This document shows, piece after piece, positions 1 to 13,725 of a stretch of 64,000 bases of DNA (its first letter is position 1; the number at the start of each line of letters is the position of its first letter). The DNA is from Eledone cirrhosa. Taxonomy: Eukaryota. Location of the stretch: contig OZ024740.1 in NCBI GenBank assembly GCA_964016885.1, positions 391,344,001-391,408,000 of the forward strand. Direction: 5' to 3'. The notes below the pieces were generated by a model, which was not told the DNA's origin, did not search any database, and saw only the letters and a program-made list of their open reading frames with translations. The position numbers and the translations under genes were made by a program.

Positions 1-485
1 TAAAATCGAATCTTTGGCGGTTTGCAAGCAAATTCGGCCTACTTATATGAAATGATGAGTTAGCAAAGCACTCGATAAGGTAGGTCCTTAGAGTAATAAC
101 ATACGTTTAAATAGCTTGACAAATCGAACATTGTGGTAGACAAAATCTAACACACAATAATATACCAAAGTAACGATAGAACTAACAGGTTGAGAAAAAT
201 ACACCTGGACAAATCAAACGATTATACGTTTAAAGTGTTTCTTTGAATCCGAAATCAAATATAAGACTTATCTGACTGGCAAGCTCGTGATATTAATGAT
301 CGAACAGAGGATTCAGTTCTTCAACAGGTTTTCGTTTTACCCAGGACGGGGTGATAGGCTAAATGTTGCCGCTAGATGCAGCGTATCGTATCTATAGCTG
401 TCACGTGTTAATTCCAGCAATATATATATATATATATCTATATATATTGGTTTTATATGTATGAAAGACCAATGGAAGATTGAAA

Positions 486-550
486 AATTAGAAAGACCAA
501 TAGAAACTTTGTTTCCTCGGTCCGGTTTGACGAAAGTCGGCCGACTGTCG

Positions 551-609
<59 letters not shown>

Positions 610-671
610 CAGTCGATCGATTTTCGTCAAATCGAACCGAGGAAACAATGTTTCCATTGGTCTTTCTAATT
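486..671. repeat. Imperfect inverted repeat (~65-bp arms) enclosing a (TA)n tract
   Basis: aattagaaagaccaat...gactgtcga (486-551) is the reverse complement of tcgacagtc...attggtctttctaatt (606-671) with a few mismatches. Confidence 0.85.
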
Positions 672-689
672 GCTCATACTATCTGTCGG

Positions 690-825
690 TCGCAACTCCA
701 GGTAGAAGAAGCAACTTGAAATAAAGTGTCTTGCCCAAGGACATAACGCATCGCCCAGCCCGGGAATCGAACTCACAACCTCACGATTGCGAATCTAATC
801 TCAAATCACTCAGCCACGCGCCTTC
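690..825 (-). mobile_element. tRNA-derived SINE (family A, CORE-like body)
   Basis: Minus strand: gaaggcgcgTGGCTGAGTG (A box), GTTCGATTCC (B box), then gtccttgggcaagacactt; homologous to 50582-50860. Confidence 0.8.
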
Positions 826-828
826 ACA

Positions 829-912
<84 letters not shown>

Positions 913-1680
913 ACGCATGAGTGTGTTATTGGAACCCGAAACTTCGAGTAATATTACACTGCTGTCGATATGAAGTAAATTATATGCCGAAAGTTCACAA
1001 GATTCAACGTCCAATGTTTACACTAAGGTTTATACGCCATCCCACTCTCTTTCGCTTCTCTCTCTCTCAGCATATAATTATATTTATCATATTATTCATA
1101 CAAGTAGTATGCATAGCGCTACATTGGGTTTAAAGGTCTAGGTATGGTCTCATCAGCAGACTGCACACTGTGGTGTAGTGTGCATGAAGGAGCAAAGTGA
1201 GTTTCGATTTTGTGATTGCAAGGACAGTCATGGCTCATTGAAGGTTTTCGCACTTGCCTTATTGAGATAGCAAGATTCTATTTGCATATAACACATTATA
1301 TGCAAAGCGCTCTCATAAAAGTTAAGGTACATAATTCATAGTGCATGTTTAATGCTTTGTGGATTTTTACTTTCGTATTTAGCCATTACAATTGATTCCA
1401 TTTAATGTTTGTATTTGATGGAGTCTCTAAAGCATAAATATCCTTTTCGACAAACAATAATCACTACAGAAATATAACATAAAAATGAAATAATGTTTAT
1501 TACATAAAACAAATACTCTCGGCTATTGAATAAATAAATAGTTTCTCACAAAACGTATATGGCAGAAAATAATAACCATTAATGTTAATCATAAATTAGC
1601 ATTCGTATCATATCATAACACAAAAATGCAATAGATCAGGAGAAACGCTGTCGGTCTAAACGCCATACATTACTTAATTT

Positions 1681-1737
<57 letters not shown>

Positions 1738-1967
1738 TATATATGTTTAAAAGAGTCGAAGTCAGTGTTGCAGCATATGTACAAACTTTATTTGCATATT
1801 ACAATTGTTTCGATATCAATCAGCCCAGGGTACAATAAGATGACGGGGGCCCAACTTTTTTCGACATCTCATCAGATATGCGAGCTTATATTTGCAAAGA
1901 TACATCTAAACCGTAACAGCATCAAGTGCTTCGAACGTCGTGCCGCTTGTTACTGTTGTTACACATT

Positions 1968-2091
<124 letters not shown>

Positions 2092-3606
2092 CTTTACAAT
2101 ATAAGGTCAAACCTCAAGGCAAGTTTGCTTCTCAGGCCTCCTATGTTCCTATCATTAAAGGCAGTCACTTAGCAAGATATTAACTATATTTCCCGATAAA
2201 CTTGTAAGCTTTAGCCAATGTAAAAAAAATCAATACTATATTACAATATCATTTTGAACTCCGTGTAGGAAGATGTAAAAGTTTGGTTAACCATATTTTT
2301 ACTTCCCTTCTACTGCATTAGTAAACACTTACGAGTAACAGCTAGTAACGAACAAAAACATATACTGAAACAAAATACATAAACTAAAGTCATATCTCAA
2401 AGAAACATTTACAATATATGAACAGAAAATGTGTAGGCCTTCATGAAATAATTAATCATACTTTTGCCTCTCTATTCTGTCATTTTTTTTCTTTAACGAC
2501 TCTGCCAATTCATTGCATTCGTTGTATATAACATAAACAAAATAAAGTTTCAACAATAGCTCATAACACAAATAGGATGAAATATGCAAAGTTTGACCAC
2601 TAGAAAAAAAAAAAAAAGACTTGAGAGTATAATATTTTGTTTACCTGTAACAGGTGAAGACAAGCCTAGTCCATGAGCTGTATTGAAAGAAAAGAAAGAA
2701 TATAATTTTAATATCGATAGTATCATATTTATCTTGAAGGATAAAGGATTAAAACGTCTTATCGATTTCTAAACAACATTATATTTATAAATATTTTGTG
2801 GTGATGGAGTAAAGTGTAATCTTTCTAGATTCCTTTATACATCTAAATGGTTATAATATAGCTTTTCTATATACAAGCTTTATGAGATTAGAGATTAGTG
2901 ATTTTTTCTCTCTCTTTGTTTTTCTCTTACTTTCTCTTCTTCTCTCTCCCATACAACGCATGCGCGCGCACACATACGTGTGCGCACACACAAACACACG
3001 CTCTCTCTCACCCCCTCTCTCTCTCTCACACACACACACAGTCACACCTGTCTCTAAAACTATTCAAATACCCATGTAATTTCTTCCAAGATAAGATCTT
3101 TCCGCTGTGTATATGAAACTTTTAAAATGTACAAAAGAACATTTTCTTGATATCTAACGAAGGCAGTAATAACTAAAATTAAATAATTAATATTTTTGAA
3201 TAATATTACTCATCATTACGTTGTGTATACTTCACAATATTATATACACGATAAACAAACATGAGCAACATGTTCTTGGTTGAACATATTTGAAAACTGA
3301 AAAATCACACAGAAAAGAATATGACATTACATCATTTGTTTTTTTAAGCACAATACGATATACCTATATTATCTTCGCCATTACTTATTTATGATGCTAT
3401 GACATGATTTAAAGGAAATTTTGTTACTATTTCCAGATGGTCGAACAATCGCTTTGACTCGAAAATCAGTAACTAGAGTATAACAGGCGAAACAAGAAAT
3501 ATCATTCCGCTAACTGAAACACTATTTACGCCCAAAGATTTATCATAAATAATTACTTATGGATTATAATTCATGTTTTGTCGGTCCTTTAAACTTTATT
3601 ATTTAG

Positions 3607-3696
3607 CTTTGACTTTCATCCTTACGGGGTCGATAAAATAAAGTACCAGTAATGCACTGGGTAATTGCTGGCCTGCCTAAAGTAGAAACAATTATT
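3607..3696 (+). mobile_element. SINE family B, 3' fragment
   Basis: tttcatccttacggggtcgataaaataaagtaccag...agtagaaacaattatt, shared with the full copy at 30744. Confidence 0.85.
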
Positions 3697-3854
3697 TAGC
3701 TTTGACTTCATCGTGTTAAATAAGCAGACATCAACACATCTCTACTCGACTGATTGATCAGCTTGAAATATCAGACAAATCTTCTTTAACACCAACTCGA
3801 CCGTATCTTAAAAACGAAACATTAAATAATGTAGAGATTCAATTCCAGGAAAAA

Positions 3855-4136
3855 TTGCCCCAGGCCCCTGTATTGGGGGGGGGGGGGGGGCACCAGCAAC
3901 GGCTGTAGCAATTTATTTGTGCCCTCAGTTTGGCTTCTTACTTCTAGGATGGTTAGAAATTTTGAATTTAATGCTTGAATGTATAACTTTTCAATTCCAA
4001 CTACTTTCACCAAGCTGCCATTGACATGAAAAATTGGGGGGTGGGGTGGGGGTGCTACGTATTCTAAATTTTTGTGTATGAGGGGCCCTCCAAACCTGAA
4101 GTGCCGCGGGCCTCCCAAGGTCTAAATCTAACCCTG
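3855..4136. mobile_element. Possible hAT-like non-autonomous DNA transposon remnant
   Basis: GC-rich GGGCCC motifs; minus strand begins CAGGGTTAGATTTAGACC, resembling hAT MITE ends; second TIR not found. Confidence 0.35.
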
Positions 4137-4608
4137 TCTGTACTGAAAGAAATATTTTAAATTTCTCTGGCTTATATTACCTGTTGACAAAACTGTAGGT
4201 AATACCTAACTAGATTTTATCATAGAGTGAAAAAAAAATTGAATTTATATTTTATTTATGATAAATGAATAAAGTGTAAATTTCATTCATAGATTTAACT
4301 CCCAAAATGGAAAACAAAACTATATTGTATTGATAAAATATATATTACCAGATAATTAATCATTTCATTATAATGTCTGTGCAGACATGAACGTTTATTG
4401 AATATATTATCCATTATTTTATAGGTACATACAAATAGTTTTAGATCTAAACTGTTTACTCTTGTCTAACATATATATTCATTGTTCTACAAGACTTTTC
4501 CTAAGTCAAATAATTGGAATTTTCTAGAGACAATATGACTTTCATTGAGTTGTGTTCGCTTGGGTTACACATTTATATAACATCTATGAATGGAGATTAT
4601 ATATACTG

Positions 4609-4721
<113 letters not shown>

Positions 4722-4762
4722 ATGGGGTGTATGAGTGTGCGCATTTGAGTATATATATATAC

Positions 4763-4975
4763 ATAGTAATAATAATAAATTTGAAGACTAAAATCCAAAG
4801 AGGGCTCGATAAGGATAAATATATATCAAATATATAAGAACCGTAGAGCAAATATTTATTAAAAAACAGATTAAAGTTTAAGCAAAGAATCGCTGCTTTC
4901 ACCCTTAACGGGATCTTCTGAAGGGTGAAAGCAACGATTCTTTGCTTAAACTTTAATCTGTTATTTTAATAAATA
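4763..4975 (-). mobile_element. PLE 3'-end fold-back fragment with a truncated hammerhead
   Basis: Inverted arms ~4852-4906 and 4921-4975; minus strand GAAGA-t-ccc-gttaa-ggg-t-GAAA-gca...tgc-TT; same family at 6945-7003 and 22963-23149. Confidence 0.65.
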
Positions 4976-5126
4976 TATATATATACATATATACATGGAA
5001 AGTTATATTTAAATTGTTGGGTTAACAACGAGTAAATATTTATAACTGATATAAAAGCACTCAACAAGTATTTGGAGTATATTTATGATATTAAATAAAT
5101 GGAAACTATATTTATAAAACCATATT

Positions 5127-5192
5127 TATTTCGTTATATATATTTCAGGGATATCATATTAACAATATGTTATGCCTTCTTCAGACAAAATA
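5127..5192 (-). ncRNA. Type I hammerhead ribozyme
   Basis: Reverse complement of the motif at 5338-5403. Confidence 0.85.
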
Positions 5193-5337
5193 CAATATAA
5201 ACAGTCTTATAAATAAATAGATACGACATACCTTTCAATCACCTTGCATTTGGGAATCAACTGCCAAATCAACCTCCCAAATGCAAGGTGATTGAAAGGT
5301 ATGTCGTATCTATTTATTTATAAGACTGTTTATATTG

Positions 5338-5403
5338 TATTTTGTCTGAAGAAGGCATAACATATTGTTAATATGATATCCCTGAAATATATATAACGAA
5401 ATA
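5338..5403 (+). ncRNA. Type I hammerhead ribozyme
   Basis: tattttgt-CTGAAGA-agg..catatt gtt aatatg..cct-GAAA-tatata-TA-acgaaata; 8-bp stem I and palindromic stem III. Confidence 0.85.
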
Positions 5404-5907
5404 AATATGGTTTTATAAATATAGTTTCCATTTATTTAATATCATATATACATATATATATATGTGTGTATGTGTTCGTGTGTGTGTGTGCATGTTTGTG
5501 TATGTGTGTGCATGCATGTGTGTGTGAGAGCACATGTGCGCGTTTGTTTATTCATATGTGTAAGATGTTACTGACGATCTTTGCAGAATAAATTCCATTT
5601 TTTTAAAGTGTAAATCTGCATGCCTATCGCTATAATCATACTCCAAATTGTCTCTGGCAACGGTGAATGTGAACAGAGATTTGCCTACATATTAGAATGT
5701 TTCATGCTTTATGCCGACACCGATTTAAGATCTTCTTAGATGAATGATGCTATAGATCTTTATAGAGTATATAACTTCACAGAATATATAATATATAATT
5801 CTAGAATAAAGCGGATTTATAGAAGAAAAGATCATGTTTACTTGATACTTGAATGAGCATTTGCGAAAAGTGATTTTCATGGGTTTTATTTTGTATATAC
5901 ACACACG

Positions 5908-6000
<93 letters not shown>

Positions 6001-6646
6001 CAGGAGCAAATCATGGAATAGCTTAGATAGGGCTAGACATAAGATAAGGAAAGCCACCTCATGGTACGACAACCAGAGATACCAGAGTGTCATGTTTGTG
6101 GACGCCACCCCTGGAGGGAAATTAGCTAACCAGTGTAGAAAGGCCCTGAGAAAGACCCACTTAAAAATAAAAGTGGTAGAAAAGCCAGGAACCACCATAA
6201 AATCCCTGATCAGCAAAACCTACCCTTTTAAGAAAACCCACTGTACCAATAGGAAATGTATCATATGTAAGGTGAACCCCCGGATAAACTGTAAAACTAG
6301 AAACGTAGTCTATAGCATAAGATGTACAGAGGGTACTTGCAGAAACATGACAACAACATACATAGGTGAGACAGCTCGTAGCATAGGTGAAAGGATAGAC
6401 CAACACTGGGGGGAACTAAAAGGACGAAAAAACGGGTCAGTACTATACGAACATGCTAGACAACAACATGACGGTAACGTAGACAACATAGAAATTAGAA
6501 TAATATCTAAACATAGAAATGACCCAGCAGATAGGCAAATCAGAGAGGCCAGTGAAATAGAAATTAGAAGACCAAAGCTAAACAGAAAGAATGAATGGAA
6601 TAACAACAACACCCAAACAAACAACACTGACCTAAGAGAAGTATAA
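6001..6646 (+). pseudogene. 5'-truncated Penelope-like element ORF: Cys-rich linker plus GIY-YIG endonuclease
   Basis: CIICK..NCKTRNVVYSIRC...TYIGETARSIGERIDQH...LYEH...RQIREASEI..RPKLN; the open frame starts at a (TA)n tract. Confidence 0.9.
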
Positions 6647-6999
6647 ATAAGTAAATAAAATAAGATAAATAAATAAATAAATACATACACAAGCACAATA
6701 ACAACAAGCACATAAACACACACTAGTAAAGATAGAATACATTAACCGACACACAGTCACCCAATCACGAACACACATCAAACAAAACACTATACACACA
6801 CGCAAACGCATGCGCAAAGAAGACAAAATAAAATAAACAAACAAACAAATAAATAAATAAATATATAAACAGACTAAATAAAGATGGCGTAGACATACAA
6901 TGTAACGGGAGGAAATAATAGCACCACTGACGTATATATTTGATATATATTTTCCATATCGAGCCCTCTTTGGATTTTAGTCTTCAATTTTATTATTAT

Positions 7000-7042
<43 letters not shown>

Positions 7043-7086
7043 AATAACAGGAGGCTGGACTGGTGTAAATCCTTGAAAGGTTTATT

Positions 7087-7144
7087 ATACTATGATCATT
7101 TCAATGACCGGGTTCAGTATGAATCCGGTGACATCATCAGGTAT
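7087..7144 (-). ncRNA. Type I hammerhead ribozyme in PLE fragment 7038-7255
   Basis: atac-CTGATGA-tgtcaccgg..ccggtcatt-GAAA-tgatca-TA-gtat-AATAAA. Confidence 0.85.
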
Positions 7145-7261
7145 TCAAAATGTAACCAAGGAATATAACAGATAAAAACCACGGGGCTGAAAATCAGAGA
7201 CAAGAGGACGACCGACTATTTAGCAGCTTCTACCTCAGTCGGCCGCCCTCAAGTTATATAA

Positions 7262-7331
<70 letters not shown>

Positions 7332-8007
7332 ACTGCAACTCGATTTCGAGTAATGCCATCGCTTGATATTTAAACACGAGCACCACGGACGTGGATTTTC
7401 AGTCCTGCTAGGGACTTGCTTAAGGTCAGTAATACCATTCATCGCAATAAATGTCACATATCAAGCGATGCCTGCATTTTTTAGAGTGAGTAAAGGCTTT
7501 CTACGGGGTCAATCCCACACTGTGAACATCAAATTCATTTAACTATTATTGGTTTTCAGCATTGGATGCAAACGAAGTCACAGGTTTTATATCAGAGTCA
7601 CCATACGTCGTTAATTGGTTCCAGAAGTCAAGATTTAAGTCGAAAAGTGATGAATGTCGAATTACCACCCACGTCCCTATAAACCAATAATACGCATTCC
7701 GTCATCCAGGGAAACGCGTTCTCCATTCTGTCCGGCGGGGCTGTGGGGAGACAAGCCGATTATATTACGAATTCTGTTGAATAGTCTTAAATAAATATTC
7801 ACTTCCAAAACAACACAACTCGCGCATAAGTAAGTATAAAATAAACTTGCAAAGCAAGAAGCATTGCATTTCGAGCCATCATGGAAATAACAGCCAAATT
7901 TCACTCCTGTGTAATATAAGTATACACTACATTACTTTATGCTATATATTTTAGCATTTATTTAAATGTGATTATATATGTTTTTTTTAAATTGTTTTTA
8001 TTGTTTA

Positions 8008-8782
8008 CTAGCAGTAAAGCCCGGCGTTGCTCGGGGTCGCTCAGTAGCTGTGTTAAAGTTACAATGTTAAGTTTCTTTCTTGGCTTAAAAACTGTAGTGT
8101 CTACTGTGCAGACTTGCATGTGGTGTTTTTGATTAATATTCCCTCAACCAACAATATGCCTTATGAAGTTAAGAAAACACAACGATAACCCGAATGTTAT
8201 AACAAAAGAGGATGCTGGGGATAGAAACTGCACTGGTTATTTATTAACAAAGATCGAAAATGTAAACACTGCAACGCAGAGAAAAACATTAGCGTAACCA
8301 AATTATCAGTTATGTCTGTCTGCACGCCTATATCACCTCTCTGCACGACTGTCTGTCTGCACGCCTGAAATATTTGCTTGTTTTACGTAGTCTTTAAATA
8401 GACTTGTTTTCAAGTAAAAATATTGTTTTAAAATGCTTTTAAATGGAAATGAAGCAAAACGGAAGCTTAGTGTTCGAATGTTCGTGTATTGTGTTAATGT
8501 CATTTTAAACGCTGAGAAAGCCAGCGTAATTTTTTACGTAAGACGCTCAATGTAAACAGAACAAAGGGAAATAACTGATAACTTACGCTCAAAAATCGAT
8601 ACATTATATTCGATTTCGTCACATAGGGTGGGTCAATTTGAAATTTTTTTTTCCGATGTCTTCGCTAGGGCTAAATGTACAAGTCTAGCAATTTCGGTGC
8701 AATTCCGTGAGAGATTCTAAGAGGAGATGTGTGCCAAAAATCGATAGACAGACAGACAACCACAGTTTTATATATATATAGA
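8008..8782 (-). mobile_element. Non-autonomous Helitron (775 bp)
   Basis: Minus strand: 5' TCTATATA, 3' hairpin cccgagcaacgccggg then CTAG; inserted between A and T; last 31 nt match the Helitron end at 58365-58395 with one mismatch. Confidence 0.9.
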
Positions 8783-9181
8783 TTATTGTTTAATATTATT
8801 GGCACACCGACGTAAAGTTGTATCAATCGACCAAAACGACGTACCTGTATATAGTTGACTTAAACAGTTTTGGGAAAAATTTGAAATGTAGTTGTCCCAA
8901 CGCAAATGACATTAATAATATAATAATAGTCGAAAACTATAAAATCCTGAAATATTAGTGTTTGGTCTTCTCACACGGATACTGATATAGTTGTGACATG
9001 ATAACAGTTTGAAACATAGCGAGACTTATATATGTTTATTAAACATAACCATATCTTATATATCTTCATATAGATCTTTATTATGAATCACGCTATGCTT
9101 GTGCTACCACTGATTAATTCTAGCTAGTCAAGCTCGCATTATATGCAAATGGATTAAACTCTTCAAACACTAGCATTTGGT

Positions 9182-9320
9182 GTTCAAATCCCGCCGAGGT
9201 TACCTTTCATCCTTACGGGGTCGATAAAATAAAGTACCAGTAATACACTGTCGATTCAATAGACTTTCCCTCTCCCCTGCAAATTGCTGGCCTTGTGCCT
9301 AAAGTAGAGAAACAATTATT
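9182..9320 (+). mobile_element. SINE family B, partial
   Basis: B box gttcaaatcccgccgagg plus family body and tail. Confidence 0.85.
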
Positions 9321-9414
9321 CATAAACTTGTCGTATATGCCCTCATATACACCTCTAATATGAACCACGCTATATGTTTCTGTGTGTATATATACATATT
9401 TGTACGTATGTATG

Positions 9415-9461
<47 letters not shown>

Positions 9462-9927
9462 GTATGAATTGTTTATTAATTAATTTACTGTTTGTATAAA
9501 AATATAACACTATTGTATTGCAGTATTAATTTAACGTATGTTTATGGTTAAATATTCGTTATTGATTCGTAACAATTTGATTGTTTTAATGTTCATATCA
9601 GATACAGAAGTAAGTATCTCTGAAGAGGTTATTTCGAATAGTTTAAACTGGCTTACACATAACTACTTAACCATGTAAGATCTAAATTGATATTTTTGTT
9701 TTAGAGTTAAGGGTAAATAATGTACAGTATGATATATTGAATGTAGTAAACAAGTGCAGTTCAATGTTTGTGTAAATGAAATAAAGAAGTAGCTTTATCA
9801 TAAGCACAACATCAGATTAGTTTTCACCGTATCACTGTCTCTCTTTGTATCTACCCATTTATTTTTCTACTTACCATCTATACATCTCCCTCTGTAGGTG
9901 TATCTCCCTCTCACCCTTGCAACCATC

Positions 9928-9998
<71 letters not shown>

Positions 9999-10281
9999 GT
10001 GATTGTAATATGCAAGAAAAGAGCAATGGACACATGATCCTGAAATTGAGAATATTTGTGTTAACGGCCCGATTTATCTATGCGTTAACAAATACTTCCG
10101 TTGACAATATCTCATCTAACTCTTTCAGCTGTCTCTAAATCTCTCTTCCTCCTCATATCTCTATCCCTCCCATATCTCTTTCTCTCCCATATCTCTCTCC
10201 TTCCCTCTATCTCTTTCTCCCACTCTCTTTATATATAAAGAGAGTGAGAGAAAATGCCCCCCCCCCCCCCAAAAAAAAACT

Positions 10282-11410
10282 GTTCGCGGTTGTCACGTCG
10301 TTCCTTGAAAGCATGTACAGTACACTTTGCTTTAATAGTGTAATCTTTAAGTCATTTCTCATCATAAGCAGAGTCAAGCATGACTGTGTTCTTGCATCAA
10401 CGCTCTTTGGAATGTTCTTCATGTTCCTCCAGTACTTCTTCAAGGATTGCATTGAGAGGGTCTACACTAGGACTGACGGCAAACTTTTCAATATCGCCTG
10501 CCTTCATGCCAAGACCCAAACCACACAGGTACTCATTCGTGAAATACCTTTTACTGATGGCACAGTCTTGATTGCACACAAATAGCTCGTCAGTCATTTT
10601 GCTCACGCCTACAAAGAATTTGGATTGACGTTCAGTCTGAAGAAGACAAATGTCATGGCGCAGGGCCTACTTGCTCTTGTAAACATCGCCATCAATGGAC
10701 GCCGCTTGGAAGTTGTTGAAAACATCACGTACTCCGGTCCTACTGATTGCCAAGGCAGCAGCAGTTATGTCTAAGCTAAATCAAAGGATCTGGAATAGCC
10801 CTAGTTTCACTGAGAAGATCCAACTTCGAATCTATCAGGCATGTGTGCTAAACAAACTTTTCCAGAGCAGCGTGGTGTTGAACACATACGTGATTCACGA
10901 GAAGAAATTCGATGTCCTTCACTCGAGGTGCTTAAGATGCAGTCTCCACATCCGATGACAGGTAAAGATTCCAAACACCGAGTTCTTGGAACGCGCAAAG
11001 CTGGGTAGCATGTCTGCCATTCTCAGAAAGCGGTGTCTTTGTTTGCTCAGCCACGTCAGGAGAATGTCCTTGGGTCACATTCCCAAAGAGTTATTGTACG
11101 ACGACCACGTCTGCGCTACAAAGATCCCTGCAAAAAAAGACATGTAACTGTGAAACATCAACGTTACCACCTCGGAAAGAGGCGCAGGTGACCGTGCAGC
11201 TTGGTACCTCACTGTCAGAATGGGTCTATAGACAGCAGAGCAGACAAGGAACGAATACCTTGATGAAAAAGAATGAGAAGGAAGGAGCTCAAACGACGGC
11301 TTCGACATGTATCATGGTTTACCTGCAGCAAATGCAGTAGAGACTCATTCGCGTATTGGACTATTCAGTTACTTGTGGAATTTCAAATGAATACATTTCT
11401 GGCGGCTCTC
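10282..11410 (+). mobile_element. Degenerate 5'-truncated RTE-clade (BovB-like) LINE
   Basis: SRVKHDCVLASTLFGMFF (GVKQGCVLAPTLF-like), RTDGKLFN, IRE..FTD, KIQLRIYQACVL; many frameshifts. Confidence 0.85.
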
Positions 11411-12420
11411 ATAGTCAGTCAGTATATGAAACATATAGGTTCATGAATAATAAATCTCACTTGGGTTGTTTCAAGCAGTGATCAAGTCATAGCTATCTCA
11501 GAATCCGTGTGAGAACACCAGATACTTCTGTTTCAGCATTTTTCGTCTGTCACCAATGTCTATTTAGACATATTGAAAAAAATTTTCATTGCCTTTTGAA
11601 TCGTAAATATTTTCAAGCAATAAATGATTTTTATGTTCTATAAATGGGAAATATGGGAAATTTTGAGTATTTTGTGCGGAGTTTTTTTACATTATAATTT
11701 CCTAATTCAACAGCAGAAAAATTTTGCACAAATAAAAAAGGTTTGTTTAAAATGACTGAATTAATAAGATAAGGAATTAAATGGAATGATCCAACCGAAT
11801 CCATAATATAAACATTTGAAAATGGTTTGTTAGATTTAGTAAATGGATAGGACTGGAAATTTATGATTAGAAATTAAAAAAAGAAATAAACAAAAAGATA
11901 ATTTATGAAAGGAATTTAACTAAAGCATTCAAATTTTAAAAACGTTTTCGCGAAACTTAATGAATGGATATTGAGAAAGAAAAAACAAATAATATATTAA
12001 ATATAATTAGGTTCTGCTTGCTCAAAAGTATAAATATAGAAGAAAGTGAAAGAAATGACGAGCAAGTAAATAAAGGGTTTCTACATACATGCGTCATCTA
12101 CCCAACGAAGAATTTTTTGTAAAGGTTGATTTGTATTTTTGTGCAGTGTGAGATATATATATAGTGAAGACAGAACCTTACTGATGACGGAAATCAAAGT
12201 CTTAGGATGGTTATCAAAATCAATAATTGGTGATTGATAACAACTACTGAGATCGATGATGTGCTATTTTTTAAATTCTAGAAACAGATCTGTCTAGGGT
12301 ACTCTAGGCCATTATACAATTTTGAAGTATGTATATTTACATATTTATTTGTTCTGTGTATATGGAAAAATACTAGGTCTCTCAATTTATATATCCTGCT
12401 ATATATCGTTTAAACTTGTA

Positions 12421-12532
<112 letters not shown>

Positions 12533-12593
12533 TAGAAAGTGAGGTTTCTTTTACAAAATGAAAAAAAAACGAGGTGTCCTACACGAGTAAAAG

Positions 12594-12809
12594 TATAAGG
12601 AAAAAAGATGAAATCGAAAATGCAACTGGAGTCTTTTTTTAAAAAAATATATTTATTTGGTTCCTTTACCGGTTTCGCAGTTCTTGTGCTTTTCAAAAAT
12701 AGAATTGAGATGTAGGATTTGTGGTTTTTCTCACCACAAACCCTCCATCACAATTCTACTTTTGAAAAGCACAAGGACTGCGAAACCGATATTCGATTTC
12801 ATCTTGTTT

Positions 12810-12817
<8 letters not shown>
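12594..12817. repeat. Imperfect fold-back element between (TA)n tracts
   Basis: tataaggaaaaaagatgaaatcgaa / ttcgatttcatcttgtttccttata, with inner arms ggtttcgcag..tttgtggt / accacaaa..ctgcgaaacc. Confidence 0.75.
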
Positions 12818-12843
<26 letters not shown>

Positions 12844-12855
12844 TTAATATAGAAG

Positions 12856-12906
12856 AGCTTCTACAGGACTAGAACTGTTTCATTCGTGAGAAATCATCAG
12901 GAAGCT
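12856..12906 (-). ncRNA. Type I hammerhead ribozyme in PLE fragment 12841-13100
   Basis: agcttc-CTGATGA-t-ttc tcac gaa-t-GAAA-cag ttctagtc ctg-TA-gaagct. Confidence 0.9.
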
Positions 12907-13324
12907 GGCTGTCCAAGTAAGTGGTGGTATTTATATCTTTTCTTTTTGGGTGGTAGGAGAGGGTGGGGATTGGGATGGGTGGAGGTCATTGGATGAAGGA
13001 TTTAAAGAAAAGGCAGTTCCTTAAAAGCTAATACTTTAAAGCTATAATATTAACAAAGGCAGAAAGGGTTCCATCAACAGATTCAAGTGTTGGAGTGATT
13101 CCCTTATTGTGAAGTTTCTCTTAATATATATTCCAGGTGTCGACAAGCACATTCACACACGCGCCCACTTACACACGTAAACACACATACACGCACGCAC
13201 ACACAGGCAGACACACACACACAACAAACATACATAATGGTACATACACACATACATATATACAAACATATACATATACATACATACGCATATACATATA
13301 AACATATACATATGTACATACATA

Positions 13325-13369
<45 letters not shown>

Positions 13370-13570
13370 GCTCTCATGCATACACACGCACACACACATT
13401 CATACGTACACATATACATACATATATACACACGTACACACATATATACATTTATATAAACATATATATATAAACACACGCACATATATATATATATATA
13501 TAGTGGTAGCACACTGGAAGGTAATATCCGTAGTGGTAGAGCACTCAGAGTTAGGTAGAAGTGGTTCGTA

Positions 13571-13611
13571 ATCGAGCTGAGGATCCGTAAGGTGAAACAA
13601 TTGTTCTCGGT
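13571..13611 (+). ncRNA. Minimal type I hammerhead ribozyme
   Basis: atcgag-CTGAGGA-t-cc gtaa gg-t-GAAA-caattg-TT-ctcggt, within a 140-bp insert between (TA)n tracts. Confidence 0.8.
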
Positions 13612-13638
13612 ATGGTGAACTAACTGTTGTGTAACCAC

Positions 13639-13720
<82 letters not shown>

Positions 13721-13725
<5 letters not shown>

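Larger units (their letters stand above)
4995..5445. mobile_element. PLE 3'-end fold-back element (~170-bp near-perfect arms, 19-nt spacer, plus tail)
   Basis: 5086-5255 is the reverse complement of 5275-5445; flanked by TA repeats; tail homologous to 31185-31340. Confidence 0.8.

Noticed and set aside
690-825. tRNA gene
   Set aside because: A and B boxes are present, but there is no complete cloverleaf and the sequence continues into a SINE body
12176-12206. cctta-CTGATGA-cg-GAAA-tcaaag-TC-ttagg as a hammerhead
   Set aside because: No stem II, stem III does not pair, and stem I has a mismatch
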